From Betaproteobacteria bacterium (GTDB lineage Bacteria > Pseudomonadota > Gammaproteobacteria > Burkholderiales > SG8-39), in the NCBI GenBank assembly GCA_037443705.1, contig JBBINV010000003.1, positions 20,498 through 84,497 on the forward strand: a DNA stretch of 64,000 nt, read 5' to 3'. The translations under genes were made by a program, and so were the position numbers. The notes beneath the pieces were generated by a model. The model was not told the origin of the DNA. It saw only the letters and a list, made by a program, of their open reading frames with translations, and ran no database searches. This document shows, piece by piece, positions 20,166-30,356 of the stretch. Within the stretch, counting starts at the first letter, position 1; each line of letters opens with the position of its first letter.

Positions 20166-20898
20166 GGCGCTCCTTTCGGCGCGCGGCGTGACGGTGCGCT
20201 TCGGTGGCCTCGTCGCGGTCGATGGCGTGGACCTCGACGTGCACGCGGGCGAGCTGGTGGGCGTGATCGGCCCGAACGGCGCGGGCAAGACCACGTTCTT
20301 CCACACGCTCTCCGGCGTGCTCGCGCCGGACGCCGGGCGGCTCGTGGTCGGGGGCGACGACCTGACCGGGGCGCCGCCGCACGTCTTCGCGATGCACGGC
20401 GTGGCGCGCACCTTCCAGACGCCGCGCGTGTTCCGCGACATGAGCGCCGCGGAGAACGTGCGTTTCGGCCTGGAGTTCGCGGGCCGCAGCCGCAGGCACG
20501 CCCACGACGCGTTCGACGACGTAAGCTCCATCCTCGGTTTCCTCGACCTGGACCGATATTCGGATCTCCCCGCAGGCGGGCTCACGCCCGCGAGGCAGCG
20601 GCTCCTCGAAATCGGCATGGCGCTCGGCGCGCGGCCGCGCGTGCTGCTGCTCGACGAAGTCGCCGCCGGCCTCACGCACGCGGAGCTCGACGCCACCGCG
20701 CGGCTCATCCGGCGCGTGCGCGACGAGCTGGGGCTTGCCGTGATCTGGATCGAGCACGCGGTGCGCGTGCTCATGGACTGCGTGGAGCGCGTGGCGGTGC
20801 TCGACCGCGGGCGCAAGATCGCCGACGGCGACCCGCGCGCGGTGGCGAAGGAGCCAGCCGTCGTGGAGGCGTATCTGGGCGAGGAGATCGCGGCTTGA
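20158..20898 (+). CDS. ABC transporter ATP-binding protein (LivG-like)
   Basis: Walker [20 protein letters not shown] Walker B region; GTG start. Confidence 0.88.
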   Translation: MREALLSARGVTVRFGGLVAVDGVDLDVHAGELVGVIGPNGAGKTTFFHTLSGVLAPDAGRLVVGGDDLTGAPPHVFAMHGVARTFQTPRVFRDMSAAENVRFGLEFAGRSRRHAHDAFDDVSSILGFLDLDRYSDLPAGGLTPARQRLLEIGMALGARPRVLLLDEVAAGLTHAELDATARLIRRVRDELGLAVIWIEHAVRVLMDCVERVAVLDRGRKIADGDPRAVAKEPAVVEAYLGEEIAA

Positions 20899-23120
20899 GC
20901 GCGGGGCTTCTCGTCAAGGGCCTCTGCGCCGGCTACGGCGGCATCCGCGTGCTCGAGGGCGTCGATCTCGAGGCGCCCAAGGGCGAGCTGACGGTCGTGG
21001 TGGGTCCCAACGGCGCGGGCAAGACGACGCTGCTTCGCGCGCTTTCGGGCCTCATTCCGCGCGCGGGCGAGGTGCTGTTCGACGGCGCGGCGCTCCCCGA
21101 GGCGCCGGCGGCGATCGTCTCGAGGGGCCTCGCGCAGGTGCCCGAGGGGCGCCAGCTCTTTCCCCAGATGACGGTGCGCGAGAACCTCGAGCTCGGCGGG
21201 TATCTTCTTCCGAAGGGCGAGCGCGCGGCGCGCCTGGAGCGCGTGTTCGCGTTCTTCCCGCGGCTTGCCGAGCGCCGCGGCCAGCTCGCGGGCACGATGT
21301 CGGGCGGCGAGCAGCAGATGCTCGCCGTGGGCCGCGCGCTGATGGGACGCCCGAAGCTTCTGATGCTCGACGAGCCGTCGCTCGGGCTCGCGCCGAAGAT
21401 GGTGGACGAGCTGCTTGCGATCGTGCGCCGAATTCGGGATGACGGCGTCACGATCCTGCTCGTGGAGCAGAACGTGGCCAAGGCGCTCGCGATCGCCGAG
21501 GGGGCGTACGTGATCGAGCGCGGCGCGGTGGTGATGAAGGGGCCGGCGGGCAAGCTCCTTCGCTCGGAGCGCCTGCGCGCGGCTTATCTGGGCGCCGAGG
21601 CGAAGCCCGGCGCGCTGCAATGGAAAGGAGGGCTGTTCATGGCAACCCAGCAGACGACCGCGGTCACGATCGCGGCGGAGAACGCGTGGAAAGGCAAGGT
21701 CTTCACCGGGCGATGGCAGATGGCAAAGGGCGGAACGCGCGAAGTGATCGAGCCCGCCACCGGCAAGGTGCTGACGGAAGTCGGCTTCGCCGGCGCCGAG
21801 GACGTGCGCGAGGCGGCCGCCGCCGCAAAGGCGGCGCAGCCCGAATGGGCGGTGGCGCCCGCCGACCAGCGCGCGGCGGTGCTGCGGCGCGCGGCGCAGT
21901 TGCTCGAGGCGCACACCGAGACGCTGCGCCCCTGGATCGTGCGCGAGACGGGTTCGATTCCGCCCAAGGCGGATTTCGAGCTGCACATGGTCATCGGGAT
22001 CCTGCTGGAAGCCGCCGCGATCGCGACGCAGCCGCCGGGCACGATGCTGCCCTCCGGCCCCAGGCGCATGAGCTTCGCGCGGCGCGTGCCGCACGGCGTC
22101 GTGGGCGTGATCTCGCCGTTCAACGCCCCGCTGATCCTGTCCGCGCGCGCGGTCGCGCCGGCGCTCGCGCTCGGCAACGCCGTGGTGCTCAAGCCCGATC
22201 CGAGCACGCCGGTCACGGGCGGCTTCATCCTCGCGCGCCTGTTCGAGGCCGCGGGGCTTCCGGCGGGTCTGCTGCACGTGCTGCCGGGCGACGCCGCGGT
22301 GGGCGAGGCGCTGATCGCCGATCCCGACGTCGCGATGATCTCGTTTACCGGCTCGACTGCCGCGGGAAAGCGCGTCGGCGAGCTCGCGAGCCGGAGCCTC
22401 AAGCGCGTGACGCTCGAGCTCGGCGGCAAGAACTCGACCATCGTGCTCGACGACGCCGACCTCGAGGTCGCGGCTTCCAGCGCCGCCTGGGGCGCGTACC
22501 TGCACCAGGGCCAGATCTGCATGGCCACCGGCACGGTGCTCGCGCAGCGCACGATCGCGCGCGATCTCACCGAACGCCTGGTCGCGAAGGCGAAGAACCT
22601 GCCGGTGGGCGATCCGAGCGCCGGGCAATGTGCGCTCGGGCCGATCATCAATGGCCGCCAGGTCGAGCGCATCGACGGCATCGTGAAGGACGCCGTGGCG
22701 AAGGGCGCGGTTCTGCGCGCGGGCGGCACTCACGAGAAGCTCTTCTACAGCCCGACCGTGCTCGAGAACGTGAGGCCCGACATGCGCGTGTACACGGAGG
22801 AAGTGTTCGGTCCGGTGCTCTCGGTCGTCACGTTCGATACCGACGAGGAGGCGATCGCGCTCGCCAACGCCTCCGAGTACGGGCTTTCCACCGGCGTGAT
22901 CACCCAGTCGGTGGAGCGCGCGATGCACTTCGCCGCCAAGCTCAAGACCGGGATCATCCATATCAACGACCAGACCGTGGCCGATGAGCCCTGGGTGCCG
23001 TTCGGCGGCCGCGGCGCCTCGGGCAACGGCGGCCGGCACGGCGGCGCGGCGAACTGGGAGGAGTTCACCCAGTGGCAGTGGGTGACGATCCAGGACCGCG
23101 CGACGCCGTATCCTTTCTGA
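20895..23120 (+). CDS. Uninterrupted 741-codon ORF: LivF-like ABC ATPase running in frame into an aldehyde dehydrogenase
   Basis: TTG start overlaps the livG stop (TTGA). The LivF part has [28 protein letters not shown] and ends ...LRAAYLG. No stop codon follows before the ALDH part, which begins at MATQQ. Confidence 0.6.
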   Translation: MSAGLLVKGLCAGYGGIRVLEGVDLEAPKGELTVVVGPNGAGKTTLLRALSGLIPRAGEVLFDGAALPEAPAAIVSRGLAQVPEGRQLFPQMTVRENLELGGYLLPKGERAARLERVFAFFPRLAERRGQLAGTMSGGEQQMLAVGRALMGRPKLLMLDEPSLGLAPKMVDELLAIVRRIRDDGVTILLVEQNVAKALAIAEGAYVIERGAVVMKGPAGKLLRSERLRAAYLGAEAKPGALQWKGGLFMATQQTTAVTIAAENAWKGKVFTGRWQMAKGGTREVIEPATGKVLTEVGFAGAEDVREAAAAAKAAQPEWAVAPADQRAAVLRRAAQLLEAHTETLRPWIVRETGSIPPKADFELHMVIGILLEAAAIATQPPGTMLPSGPRRMSFARRVPHGVVGVISPFNAPLILSARAVAPALALGNAVVLKPDPSTPVTGGFILARLFEAAGLPAGLLHVLPGDAAVGEALIADPDVAMISFTGSTAAGKRVGELASRSLKRVTLELGGKNSTIVLDDADLEVAASSAAWGAYLHQGQICMATGTVLAQRTIARDLTERLVAKAKNLPVGDPSAGQCALGPIINGRQVERIDGIVKDAVAKGAVLRAGGTHEKLFYSPTVLENVRPDMRVYTEEVFGPVLSVVTFDTDEEAIALANASEYGLSTGVITQSVERAMHFAAKLKTGIIHINDQTVADEPWVPFGGRGASGNGGRHGGAANWEEFTQWQWVTIQDRATPYPF
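21639..23120 (+). CDS. Aldehyde dehydrogenase (benzaldehyde/vanillin dehydrogenase-like); alternative independent start inside the fused ORF
   Basis: AAGGAGG Shine-Dalgarno sequence 7 nt upstream of ATG 21639. [16 protein letters not shown], catalytic [15 protein letters not shown]-terminal [13 protein letters not shown]. Confidence 0.7.
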   Translation: MATQQTTAVTIAAENAWKGKVFTGRWQMAKGGTREVIEPATGKVLTEVGFAGAEDVREAAAAAKAAQPEWAVAPADQRAAVLRRAAQLLEAHTETLRPWIVRETGSIPPKADFELHMVIGILLEAAAIATQPPGTMLPSGPRRMSFARRVPHGVVGVISPFNAPLILSARAVAPALALGNAVVLKPDPSTPVTGGFILARLFEAAGLPAGLLHVLPGDAAVGEALIADPDVAMISFTGSTAAGKRVGELASRSLKRVTLELGGKNSTIVLDDADLEVAASSAAWGAYLHQGQICMATGTVLAQRTIARDLTERLVAKAKNLPVGDPSAGQCALGPIINGRQVERIDGIVKDAVAKGAVLRAGGTHEKLFYSPTVLENVRPDMRVYTEEVFGPVLSVVTFDTDEEAIALANASEYGLSTGVITQSVERAMHFAAKLKTGIIHINDQTVADEPWVPFGGRGASGNGGRHGGAANWEEFTQWQWVTIQDRATPYPF

Positions 23121-23128
23121 GGAATGCG

Positions 23129-23146
23129 GCTGTCATGATGCGGTAA
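23129..23146 (+). promoter_or_regulatory. Pho box candidate upstream of pstS
   Basis: CTGTCAT-GATG-CGGTAAC (two 7-nt direct half sites, 4-nt spacer) followed about 10 nt later by TAGACT (-10-like); 49 nt upstream of pstS. Confidence 0.55.
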
Positions 23147-23194
23147 CGTACCCGCCATAGACTGCCTTCCGTCCCCAACAGAGGAAGGCAAGAC

Positions 23195-24181
23195 ATGCGA
23201 CTGAAACATCTGGCCTCGGCGTTCGCGCTCGCCGTGGGAGCGCAGGGCGCGCACGCGCAGATCGTCAAGATCGACGGCTCGAGCACGGTGTATCCGATCT
23301 CGGAAGCCGTTGCAGAAGAGTTCCAGAAGGCGAAGAAGGGCGCGATCAAGGTCACGGTCGGGATCTCGGGCACCGGCGGCGGCTTCAAGAAGTTCTGCCG
23401 CGGCGAGACCGACATCTCGGACGCTTCGCGCCCGATCCTCGAAAAAGAGATGAAGGCCTGCGCCAAGGCCGGCATCAGGTACGTGGAGCTTCCCGTCGCC
23501 TACGACGCGCTCACCGTGGTGATCAATCCGAAGAACACCTGGATCAGGGAATTCAGGGTCGAGGAGCTGAAGAAGATGTGGGAGCCGGCCGCCCAGGGCA
23601 AGATCACCCGGTGGAACCATGTCAATCCGGCGTGGCCCGACGCGCCGCTCAAGCTCTTCGGCGCGGGCTCGGATTCCGGCACGTTCGACTACTTCACCGA
23701 CGCGATCAACGGCAAGGAGAAGGCGAGCCGCGGCGACTACACGGCGTCGGAGGACGACAACGTGCTGGTACAGGGCGTGTCGCGCGACGTGAACGCGATC
23801 GGCTATTTCGGCCTGGCCTACTACGTGGAAAACAGGGACAAGCTGAAAGCCGTGCCGATCGTCAACAAGGGCTCGACCAGGGCGGTCGCTCCCGGAATCG
23901 ACACCGTGATGGACGGGACCTACCAGCCGCTCGCGCGCCCGATCTTCATCTACGTGAGCGAGAAGGCGATGGCGCGTCCCGAGGTAAAGGAGTTCGTGGA
24001 GTACTACCTCGCGAACGGCGCGAAGCTGTCCAGGGAGGTGGGCTACGTGCCGCTCGGCAAGCAGCACTACGACCTGGCGCTCAGGAATTTCAGGGCGAAG
24101 AAGCTCGGCACCGGCTTCGGCGGCAGGGCCGAGGTCGGGGTCAAGCTCGACGACCTGCTCGCGCGCGAAGGCAAGCTTTGA
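23195..24181 (+). CDS. pstS: Phosphate ABC transporter substrate-binding protein
   Basis: Signal peptide, then [18 protein letters not shown] and [24 protein letters not shown]. Confidence 0.92.
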   Translation: MRLKHLASAFALAVGAQGAHAQIVKIDGSSTVYPISEAVAEEFQKAKKGAIKVTVGISGTGGGFKKFCRGETDISDASRPILEKEMKACAKAGIRYVELPVAYDALTVVINPKNTWIREFRVEELKKMWEPAAQGKITRWNHVNPAWPDAPLKLFGAGSDSGTFDYFTDAINGKEKASRGDYTASEDDNVLVQGVSRDVNAIGYFGLAYYVENRDKLKAVPIVNKGSTRAVAPGIDTVMDGTYQPLARPIFIYVSEKAMARPEVKEFVEYYLANGAKLSREVGYVPLGKQHYDLALRNFRAKKLGTGFGGRAEVGVKLDDLLAREGKL

Positions 24182-24252
24182 CGCGAAGGCCGCAAGCGCC
24201 CGCGGCGGCCGCCGCGGGCGGTTTTCGTCCATAATTCCACCTTCTGCCTGTA

Positions 24253-25203
24253 ATGGCGTCCGCCCCCGCAGAGCTCGATTCGGTGCTGCCACCCGCCACC
24301 CTGAGCGCGCGCCTCGCCAACCGCCGCTCGCGGATCGTGCGCGAGAAGGCGATCGAGCTGCTGCTGTTGCTCGCGGCGCTGATCTCGGTCCTGACCACGG
24401 TCGGCATCGTCTACATCCTGATCAAGGAATCGGTGATCTTCTTCCAGGAGGTCCGGCTGTGGGATTTCCTCACCGACACCCAGTGGACACCGCTCTTCGA
24501 CGACGCGCACTTCGGCATCATGGTGCTGCTCTCCGGGACGCTCACGAGCTCGGCGGTCGCGCTCGCGATCTCGATCCCGCTCGGCACCGTGATCGCGATT
24601 TACCTCTCGGAGTTCGCGCCGTTCTCGATCCGCGAGATCGCCAAGCCCTTTCTCGAGCTCCTCGGCGGCGTGCCGACGATCGTCTACGGGTATTTCGCGC
24701 TGCTGTTCGTGACGCCGCTGCTGCAGCGCCTCTACCCGGATCTCCCGGGCTTCAACCTGCTGTCGGCCGGGATCGTGATGGGCATCATGATCATCCCGTA
24801 CGTCGCCTCGATCAGCGAGGATGCGATGCGCTCGGTGCCGATGAACCTGCGCGAGGGCTCGTACGCGATGGGCGCGACGCGCTTCCAGACCGCGGTGAAG
24901 GTGGTGGTGCCGGCGGCGTTCTCGGGAATCGCCTCGGCCTACATTCTCGGCATCTCGCGCGCGGTGGGCGAGACCATGATCCTCGCGGTCGCAGCCGGCA
25001 TGCAGCCCAACCTCACGTTCAATCCGCTCGAGCCCGCCGCGACCATCACCGCCTTCATCGTCCAGGTCGCGCTCGGCGACCTGCCGCACGGCTCGATCGG
25101 CTACCAGACGATCTTCGCCGCGGGCCTCACGCTGATGCTGTTCACGCTCGCGTGCAACATCGCCGGCCACGCGCTGCGCAGGTCGTTCAGGGAAAGCTAT
25201 TGA
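24253..25203 (+). CDS. pstC: Phosphate ABC transporter permease PstC
   Basis: Six-TM permease with EAA-like region (SEDAMRSVPMNLREGSYAMGATRFQT). Confidence 0.92.
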   Translation: MASAPAELDSVLPPATLSARLANRRSRIVREKAIELLLLLAALISVLTTVGIVYILIKESVIFFQEVRLWDFLTDTQWTPLFDDAHFGIMVLLSGTLTSSAVALAISIPLGTVIAIYLSEFAPFSIREIAKPFLELLGGVPTIVYGYFALLFVTPLLQRLYPDLPGFNLLSAGIVMGIMIIPYVASISEDAMRSVPMNLREGSYAMGATRFQTAVKVVVPAAFSGIASAYILGISRAVGETMILAVAAGMQPNLTFNPLEPAATITAFIVQVALGDLPHGSIGYQTIFAAGLTLMLFTLACNIAGHALRRSFRESY

Positions 25204-26117
25204 AGAACGTCTCCGGCATTCGCGTTCTGATCGCGCGCCACAAGCGCTGGGACCGGGCGTTCGCGTTTCTCGGCCTGCTCGCGCTGATGATCGGCGTGCT
25301 CACGTTCGCGGCACTTTTCGTCGACATGGCGGTGAACGGGATTCCGCGGCTCAACGGGGACTTCCTCACGAGCTATCCGTCGCGCAAGGCGGCGCAGGCG
25401 GGGATCCTCTCGGCGTGGGTCGGCACCGTGCTCGTGATGCTGGTGACGGCGTTCTTCGCGGTGCCGCTCGGCGTCGCAGCCGGCGTTTACCTCGAGGAGT
25501 ACGCGCCGAAGAACTGGGTCACCGACGTGATCGAGATCAACATCACCAACCTCGCCGGCGTGCCCTCGATCGTCTACGGGCTGCTCGCGCTCGGCCTTTT
25601 CGTGTACCAGTTCGGGCTCGGGCACTCGATCCTCGCGGCCGGGCTCACGCTCGCGCTCCTCATCCTACCCGTCGTGATCGTGGCAACGCGCGAGTCAATC
25701 CGATCGATCCCGCAGGGCATCCGCGAGGGAGCCTACGCGCTCGGCGGAACGCAATGGCAGGTCTGCAAGGACCACATCATCCCGTACTCGATGCCCGGCG
25801 TGCTCACGGGCGTCATCATCGGGATGGCGCGCGCGATCGGCGAGACCGCGCCGGTCATCACGATCGGGGCGCTCACCTTCATCGCGTTCCTGCCGCCCGC
25901 GCCGTTCAAGGCCGAGCCGCCGTACGTCAGCTTCGAGTGGGTGTTTTCCGGGTTCACGGTCATACCGATCCAGATGTTCAACTGGACCTCGCGCCCGGAG
26001 GCGGCGTTCCTTCAGAATGCGGCGGCTGCCGGCTTTGTCCTCGTTCTCATGACGCTCGCGATGAACGGCCTGGCGATCTGGCTTCGCTACCGGCTTCGCA
26101 GGAACATCAAGTGGTGA
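25200..26117 (+). CDS. pstA: Phosphate ABC transporter permease PstA
   Basis: TRESIRSIPQGIREGAYALGGTQWQ motif. TTG start overlaps the pstC stop (TTGA). The upstream part of ORF 24459..26117 is a shadow. Confidence 0.88.
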   Translation: MKNVSGIRVLIARHKRWDRAFAFLGLLALMIGVLTFAALFVDMAVNGIPRLNGDFLTSYPSRKAAQAGILSAWVGTVLVMLVTAFFAVPLGVAAGVYLEEYAPKNWVTDVIEINITNLAGVPSIVYGLLALGLFVYQFGLGHSILAAGLTLALLILPVVIVATRESIRSIPQGIREGAYALGGTQWQVCKDHIIPYSMPGVLTGVIIGMARAIGETAPVITIGALTFIAFLPPAPFKAEPPYVSFEWVFSGFTVIPIQMFNWTSRPEAAFLQNAAAAGFVLVLMTLAMNGLAIWLRYRLRRNIKW

Positions 26118-26120
26118 TCC

Positions 26121-26939
26121 ATGGCCTCGATCCAGCTCGCCCCCGCGATTGAGGAGCGTCCGGTGCCGGCGCAGAACGGCGCGCCGAAGGCGGCTGCGCG
26201 CAGGCTCAGCTTCTACTATGGCGAATTCCGGGCGCTGAAGGATCTCGATCTCGTCGTGCACGAGAACTGCGTGACCGCCCTGATCGGCCCTTCGGGCTGC
26301 GGGAAATCGACGTTCCTTCGCTGCTTCAACCGCATGCACGACCTCTATCCGGGCAACCGCTACGAGGGGGAGATCCGGCTCTACCCGGACGACACCAACC
26401 TTCTTGCGCCGGGGGTGGACCCGATCGAGGTGCGCATGCGCCTGTCGATGGTGTTCCAGAAACCCAACCCCTTCCCGAAGTCGATCTTCGAGAACGTCGC
26501 CTACGGTCTTCGGGTGCGGGGCGAGCGCTCGCGCCGCGCGCTCGAGGACAAGGTCGAGGCGGCGCTGCGCGGAGCGGCGCTCTGGGACGAGGTGAAGAAC
26601 CGGCTGAACGACCTCGCATTCAACCTCTCGGGGGGACAGCAGCAGCGCCTGTGCATCGCGCGCGCGCTGGCGACCGACCCCGAGATCCTGCTGTTCGACG
26701 AGCCGACCTCGGCGCTCGACCCGATCGCCACCGCCAGCATCGAGGAGCTGATCGCGGAGCTGAAGAAGAAGGTCACGATCCTCATCGTCACCCACAACAT
26801 GCAGCAGGCGGCGCGCGTCTCGGACTACACTGCGTACATGTACCTCGGCGAGCTGATCGAGTTCGGCCGCACCGACGAGCTTTTCATCAGGCCGAGGAAC
26901 AAGCAGACCGAGGACTACATCACCGGCAGGTTCGGCTAG
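26121..26939 (+). CDS. pstB: Phosphate ABC transporter ATP-binding protein
   Basis: [43 protein letters not shown]. Confidence 0.95.
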   Translation: MASIQLAPAIEERPVPAQNGAPKAAARRLSFYYGEFRALKDLDLVVHENCVTALIGPSGCGKSTFLRCFNRMHDLYPGNRYEGEIRLYPDDTNLLAPGVDPIEVRMRLSMVFQKPNPFPKSIFENVAYGLRVRGERSRRALEDKVEAALRGAALWDEVKNRLNDLAFNLSGGQQQRLCIARALATDPEILLFDEPTSALDPIATASIEELIAELKKKVTILIVTHNMQQAARVSDYTAYMYLGELIEFGRTDELFIRPRNKQTEDYITGRFG

Positions 26940-26947
26940 GAGGTCCC

Positions 26948-27658
26948 ATGGGCGCGACCGAGCACATCTCCAAGCAGTTCGAGGCCGATCTCGACACCAC
27001 GCGCACGCGCGTGCTGCAGATGGGCGGCCTGGTCGAGGCGCAGATCCTGTCGGCGATCGACGCGTTCGTCTGCGGCGACAGCAGGCTCGCCGGGCAGGTG
27101 ATCGACAACGATGCGCGCGTAAACGGCTACGAGGTCGCGATCGACAGCGCCTGCAACCACATCGTGGTCAAGCGCCAGCCCGCGGCGAGCGACCTGCGGC
27201 TGATCATGGCGATCAGCAAGATCGTGACCGACATCGAGCGCATCGGCGACGAGGCGAAGAAGATCGCGCGCATGGCCAAGCGCCTGCACGAGCACGGCCC
27301 GCAGCACGTGCAGCACTTTCCCGCGATCCGGCACGCCGCGCAGACCGGCGTCAAGATGCTGCGCGAGGCGCTGGACGCGTTCGCGCGGCTGGATGCCGCA
27401 AGCGCAGCGGGCGTGCTGAAGGAAGACAAGGAGATCGACGCCGAATTCCGCTCGGTGCTCCGGCAGCTCATCACCTACATGATGGAGGATCCGCGCACGA
27501 TCACGCCGGCGCTCGACCTCATCTGGGTGGCGAAGGCGGTCGAGCGCATCGGCGACCACGCCAAGAACGTGGCCGAGCAGGTGATCTACATCGTCAAGGG
27601 CACCGACGTGCGCCACGCCTCCTTCGCCGACGTGGAGCGCGAGCTCGGAAAGGCCTAG
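26948..27658 (+). CDS. phoU: Phosphate signalling regulator PhoU
   Basis: Two PhoU repeats with DIERIGDEAKKIA and AVERIGDHAKNVAE. GGAGG Shine-Dalgarno sequence upstream of ATG 26948. Confidence 0.93.
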   Translation: MGATEHISKQFEADLDTTRTRVLQMGGLVEAQILSAIDAFVCGDSRLAGQVIDNDARVNGYEVAIDSACNHIVVKRQPAASDLRLIMAISKIVTDIERIGDEAKKIARMAKRLHEHGPQHVQHFPAIRHAAQTGVKMLREALDAFARLDAASAAGVLKEDKEIDAEFRSVLRQLITYMMEDPRTITPALDLIWVAKAVERIGDHAKNVAEQVIYIVKGTDVRHASFADVERELGKA

Positions 27659-27660
27659 CG

Positions 27661-28362
27661 TTGCCGGTTCCGATCTCGGTCCTGGTGGTGGAGGACGAGC
27701 CCGCGATCCTGGAGCTGATCGCGGTGAACCTGGAGCATGCCGGCTACGCGCCGCTGCGCGCCGGGAGCGCCGAGGCCGCCGGCCAGATCCTGCGCGAGAT
27801 GCTGCCCGACGTGGTGCTCGTCGACTGGATGCTGCCCGGGCAGTCGGGCCTCGCGCTCGCGAGGAGGCTTCGCGCCGACGCGCGCACGCGCGAGGTCCCG
27901 ATCCTGTTCCTCACCGCGCGCGCGCAGGAGCAGGACAAGGTCGCGGCGCTGGAAGCCGGAGCCGACGATTACCTCACCAAGCCCTTTTCGCCGCGCGAGC
28001 TCGTGGCGAGGATCCGCGCGGTGCTTCGCCGGCGCGCGCCCGAGCTCGGGGAGGCCCCGGTCGAGGTCGGGGGGCTGCGCCTCGAGCCCGCCTCGCAGAG
28101 CGTGAGCGGAAACGGCGCGGCGCTGGAGCTCAGCCCCACCGAGTTCCGCCTGCTCAGGTTCCTGATGACGCATCCCAACCGCGTCTACTCGCGCTCGAAG
28201 CTCCTCGACGCGGTCTGGGGCGACGGCGCGGTCGTGGAGGAGCGCACGGTGGACGTGCACATCCGCAGGCTTCGCAAGGCGCTCGAGCCGAGCGGGCACG
28301 ACGCGCTGATCGAGACCGTGCGCGGCAGCGGCTACCTGCTGCGAGGGGCGGCGCGGCCGTGA
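27661..28362 (+). CDS. phoB: Phosphate regulon response regulator PhoB
   Basis: Receiver domain (VLVVEDEP...DVVLVDWMLPG) plus OmpR-type winged helix (VDVHIRRLRKAL, ETVRGSGY); TTG start. Confidence 0.9.
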   Translation: MPVPISVLVVEDEPAILELIAVNLEHAGYAPLRAGSAEAAGQILREMLPDVVLVDWMLPGQSGLALARRLRADARTREVPILFLTARAQEQDKVAALEAGADDYLTKPFSPRELVARIRAVLRRRAPELGEAPVEVGGLRLEPASQSVSGNGAALELSPTEFRLLRFLMTHPNRVYSRSKLLDAVWGDGAVVEERTVDVHIRRLRKALEPSGHDALIETVRGSGYLLRGAARP

Positions 28363-29591
28363 GCCTTCTCGCAGCGCTCCTCGCCCTGCTCGCCGCAGGG
28401 CTGGGCGCGGCGCTCGCGTGGCACCTGCGGGAGCTCGCGAAGCTGAGGCGCTGGGCCTCGCAGTCCCGTCTGCCGGACCCGCCCGAGTCGACCGGCGTCT
28501 GGGGCGAGGTGTTCAACCTGTTGCACCGGCACCGGCGCGCGAACCTCGGGCGCCGGCGCGAGCTCGCGCGCCTGATCGTGCGCTCGCGCCGCGCGGCGCA
28601 GGCGCTGCCCTACGGCGTGGCGGCATTGGATGCGGACATGCGCATCGACTGGTGCAACGCGGCGGCGCGCGTGCACCTCGGCATCGACCCCGAGCGCGAC
28701 CGGGGCGAGCCGATCGTCAACTTCATGCGCCAGCCCGAGTTCGTGAAGTATCTGGAGGAGCGCGATTTCGGCCAGCCGCTGCGGCTCGGTGTCTCGCAGG
28801 GCCGGACGCTGTCGCTGCGGGTCGTGGAGGTCGACGAGCACGACTGGCTGCTGCTGTCGCGCGACGTCACGGGCGAGGCGCGGCTCGACGCGATGCGGCG
28901 CGATTTCGTGGCGAACGTCTCGCACGAGCTGAGGACGCCGCTCACCGTGCTGACGGGATTCCTCGAGACGATCAAGGACCTGAAGCTCGAGCCGCAGCGC
29001 GTGCGCGACTACGTGGGTCTCATGGCGCCGCAGGCCGAGCGCATGCGCCGGATCATCGAGGACCTGCTCACGCTCTCCGCGCTCGAGCACGCGCCGCCGC
29101 CGCCCGAGGAGAGGGTCGCGGTGCGGCCGCTCCTCGAGCGCATCCGGGCGGAAGCCGAGCAGCTCTCGGGCGGCAGGCACCGGGTGCTGCTCGAGATCGG
29201 GTGCGCGCGGGACCTGCTCGGCTCCGAGGGCGAGCTGACGAGCGCATTCCTCAACCTCGTGACCAACGCGGTGCGCTACACGCCCGCCGGTGGCACGATC
29301 CGGATCGGCTGGCGCACCGACGGCGCGGGCGCGGCATACTCCGTTCAGGACACCGGCATCGGCATCGAGCCCGGGCACATCGCGCGGCTCACCGAGCGCT
29401 TCTACCGCGTAGACCGCGGACGCTCGCGCGAGACGGGCGGCACGGGCCTCGGGCTCGCGATCGTGAAGCACGCGCTCACGCGCCACCAGGCGATGCTCGA
29501 GATCGAGAGCGCGCCGGGCAAGGGCAGCACCTTCCGCGCGCGCTTCCCCGCGGCGCGGCTGCTCGCCGCGGATCAGAAGGTGCCGGGGTAG
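28359..29591 (+). CDS. phoR: Phosphate regulon sensor histidine kinase PhoR
   Basis: N-terminal TM segment, PAS-like region, H-box FVANVSHELRTPLT, and N/G boxes (NAVRYTP, QDTGIGI, GGTGLGLAIVK). GTGA overlap with phoB. Confidence 0.9.
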   Translation: MSLLAALLALLAAGLGAALAWHLRELAKLRRWASQSRLPDPPESTGVWGEVFNLLHRHRRANLGRRRELARLIVRSRRAAQALPYGVAALDADMRIDWCNAAARVHLGIDPERDRGEPIVNFMRQPEFVKYLEERDFGQPLRLGVSQGRTLSLRVVEVDEHDWLLLSRDVTGEARLDAMRRDFVANVSHELRTPLTVLTGFLETIKDLKLEPQRVRDYVGLMAPQAERMRRIIEDLLTLSALEHAPPPPEERVAVRPLLERIRAEAEQLSGGRHRVLLEIGCARDLLGSEGELTSAFLNLVTNAVRYTPAGGTIRIGWRTDGAGAAYSVQDTGIGIEPGHIARLTERFYRVDRGRSRETGGTGLGLAIVKHALTRHQAMLEIESAPGKGSTFRARFPAARLLAADQKVPG

Positions 29592-30352
29592 GCGCCGCCG
29601 TCGATCAGCAGGTTCTGCCCGGTGATGTACGCAGCCTGCGCGCTGCACAGGTACGCGCACAGGTCGCCGAACTCGCCGGGCGTGCCGAAGCGGCCCGCGG
29701 GAATGCTTTTCTCGAGCGCCGCCTTCACTTCCTCGACCGGTTTTCCCTGCTGCTTCGCGTTGAACTCGGTGTTCGCGCGCAGGCGGTCGGTCCAGAAGCG
29801 CCCGGGGAGGAGGTTGTTGATCGTGACGTTGTGCGCGACGGTCCTGCGCGCGAGGCCCGCGACGAACCCGGTGAGCCCGGAGCGCGCGCCGTTCGAGAGC
29901 CCGAGCTCGGCGATCGGCGCCTTCACCGCGCTCGAGGTGATGTTGACGATGCGCCCGAATTTGCGCTCGATCATGCCGTCAATCACCGCCCTGGTGAGCT
30001 CGATCGGCGCGAGCATGTTGGCGTCGATCGCGCGCAGCCAGTCCTCGCGCGACCAGTTGCGGAAATCCCCTGGCGGCGGGCCGCCCGCGTTGTTCACCAG
30101 GATGTCGGGCGCGGGGCAGGCCGAGAGGGCCGCCGCGCGCCCCTCGGGCGTGGCGATATCGCCCGTCACCGCCGTCACCTTGACCCCCGTACTCTTGCGG
30201 ATCTCCTCGGCGGTCGCCGCCAGGGCCTGCGCCCCGCGCGCCGTGATGACCAGGTTCACTCCCTCGCGCGCGAGCGACACCGCGCAGCCCTTGCCGAGGC
30301 CTTTGGACGCCGCGCACACGAGCGCGGTGCGGCCGCGAATCCCGAAATCCAT
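29573..30352 (-). CDS. SDR-family oxidoreductase
   Basis: ASKGLGKG cofactor motif, NNAG, and a classic SDR fold of about 259 aa. Confidence 0.85.
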   Translation of the reverse strand: MDFGIRGRTALVCAASKGLGKGCAVSLAREGVNLVITARGAQALAATAEEIRKSTGVKVTAVTGDIATPEGRAAALSACPAPDILVNNAGGPPPGDFRNWSREDWLRAIDANMLAPIELTRAVIDGMIERKFGRIVNITSSAVKAPIAELGLSNGARSGLTGFVAGLARRTVAHNVTINNLLPGRFWTDRLRANTEFNAKQQGKPVEEVKAALEKSIPAGRFGTPGEFGDLCAYLCSAQAAYITGQNLLIDGGAYPGTF

Positions 30353-30356
30353 GGCT

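Noticed and set aside
19065-23039. 1324-aa minus-strand ORF, together with other very long ORFs in the track: 11763..14801 (+), 10619..12319 (-), 5679..7115 (-), 7171..8367 (-), 52059..54218 (+), 58807..60414 (+), 62490..63638 (-)
   Set aside because: All lie antisense to or out of frame with genes that have clear family motifs. Their translations are Arg/Ala/Gly/Pro-rich low-complexity strings with no recognisable domains. They are typical stop-codon-poor shadow frames of very GC-rich DNA.
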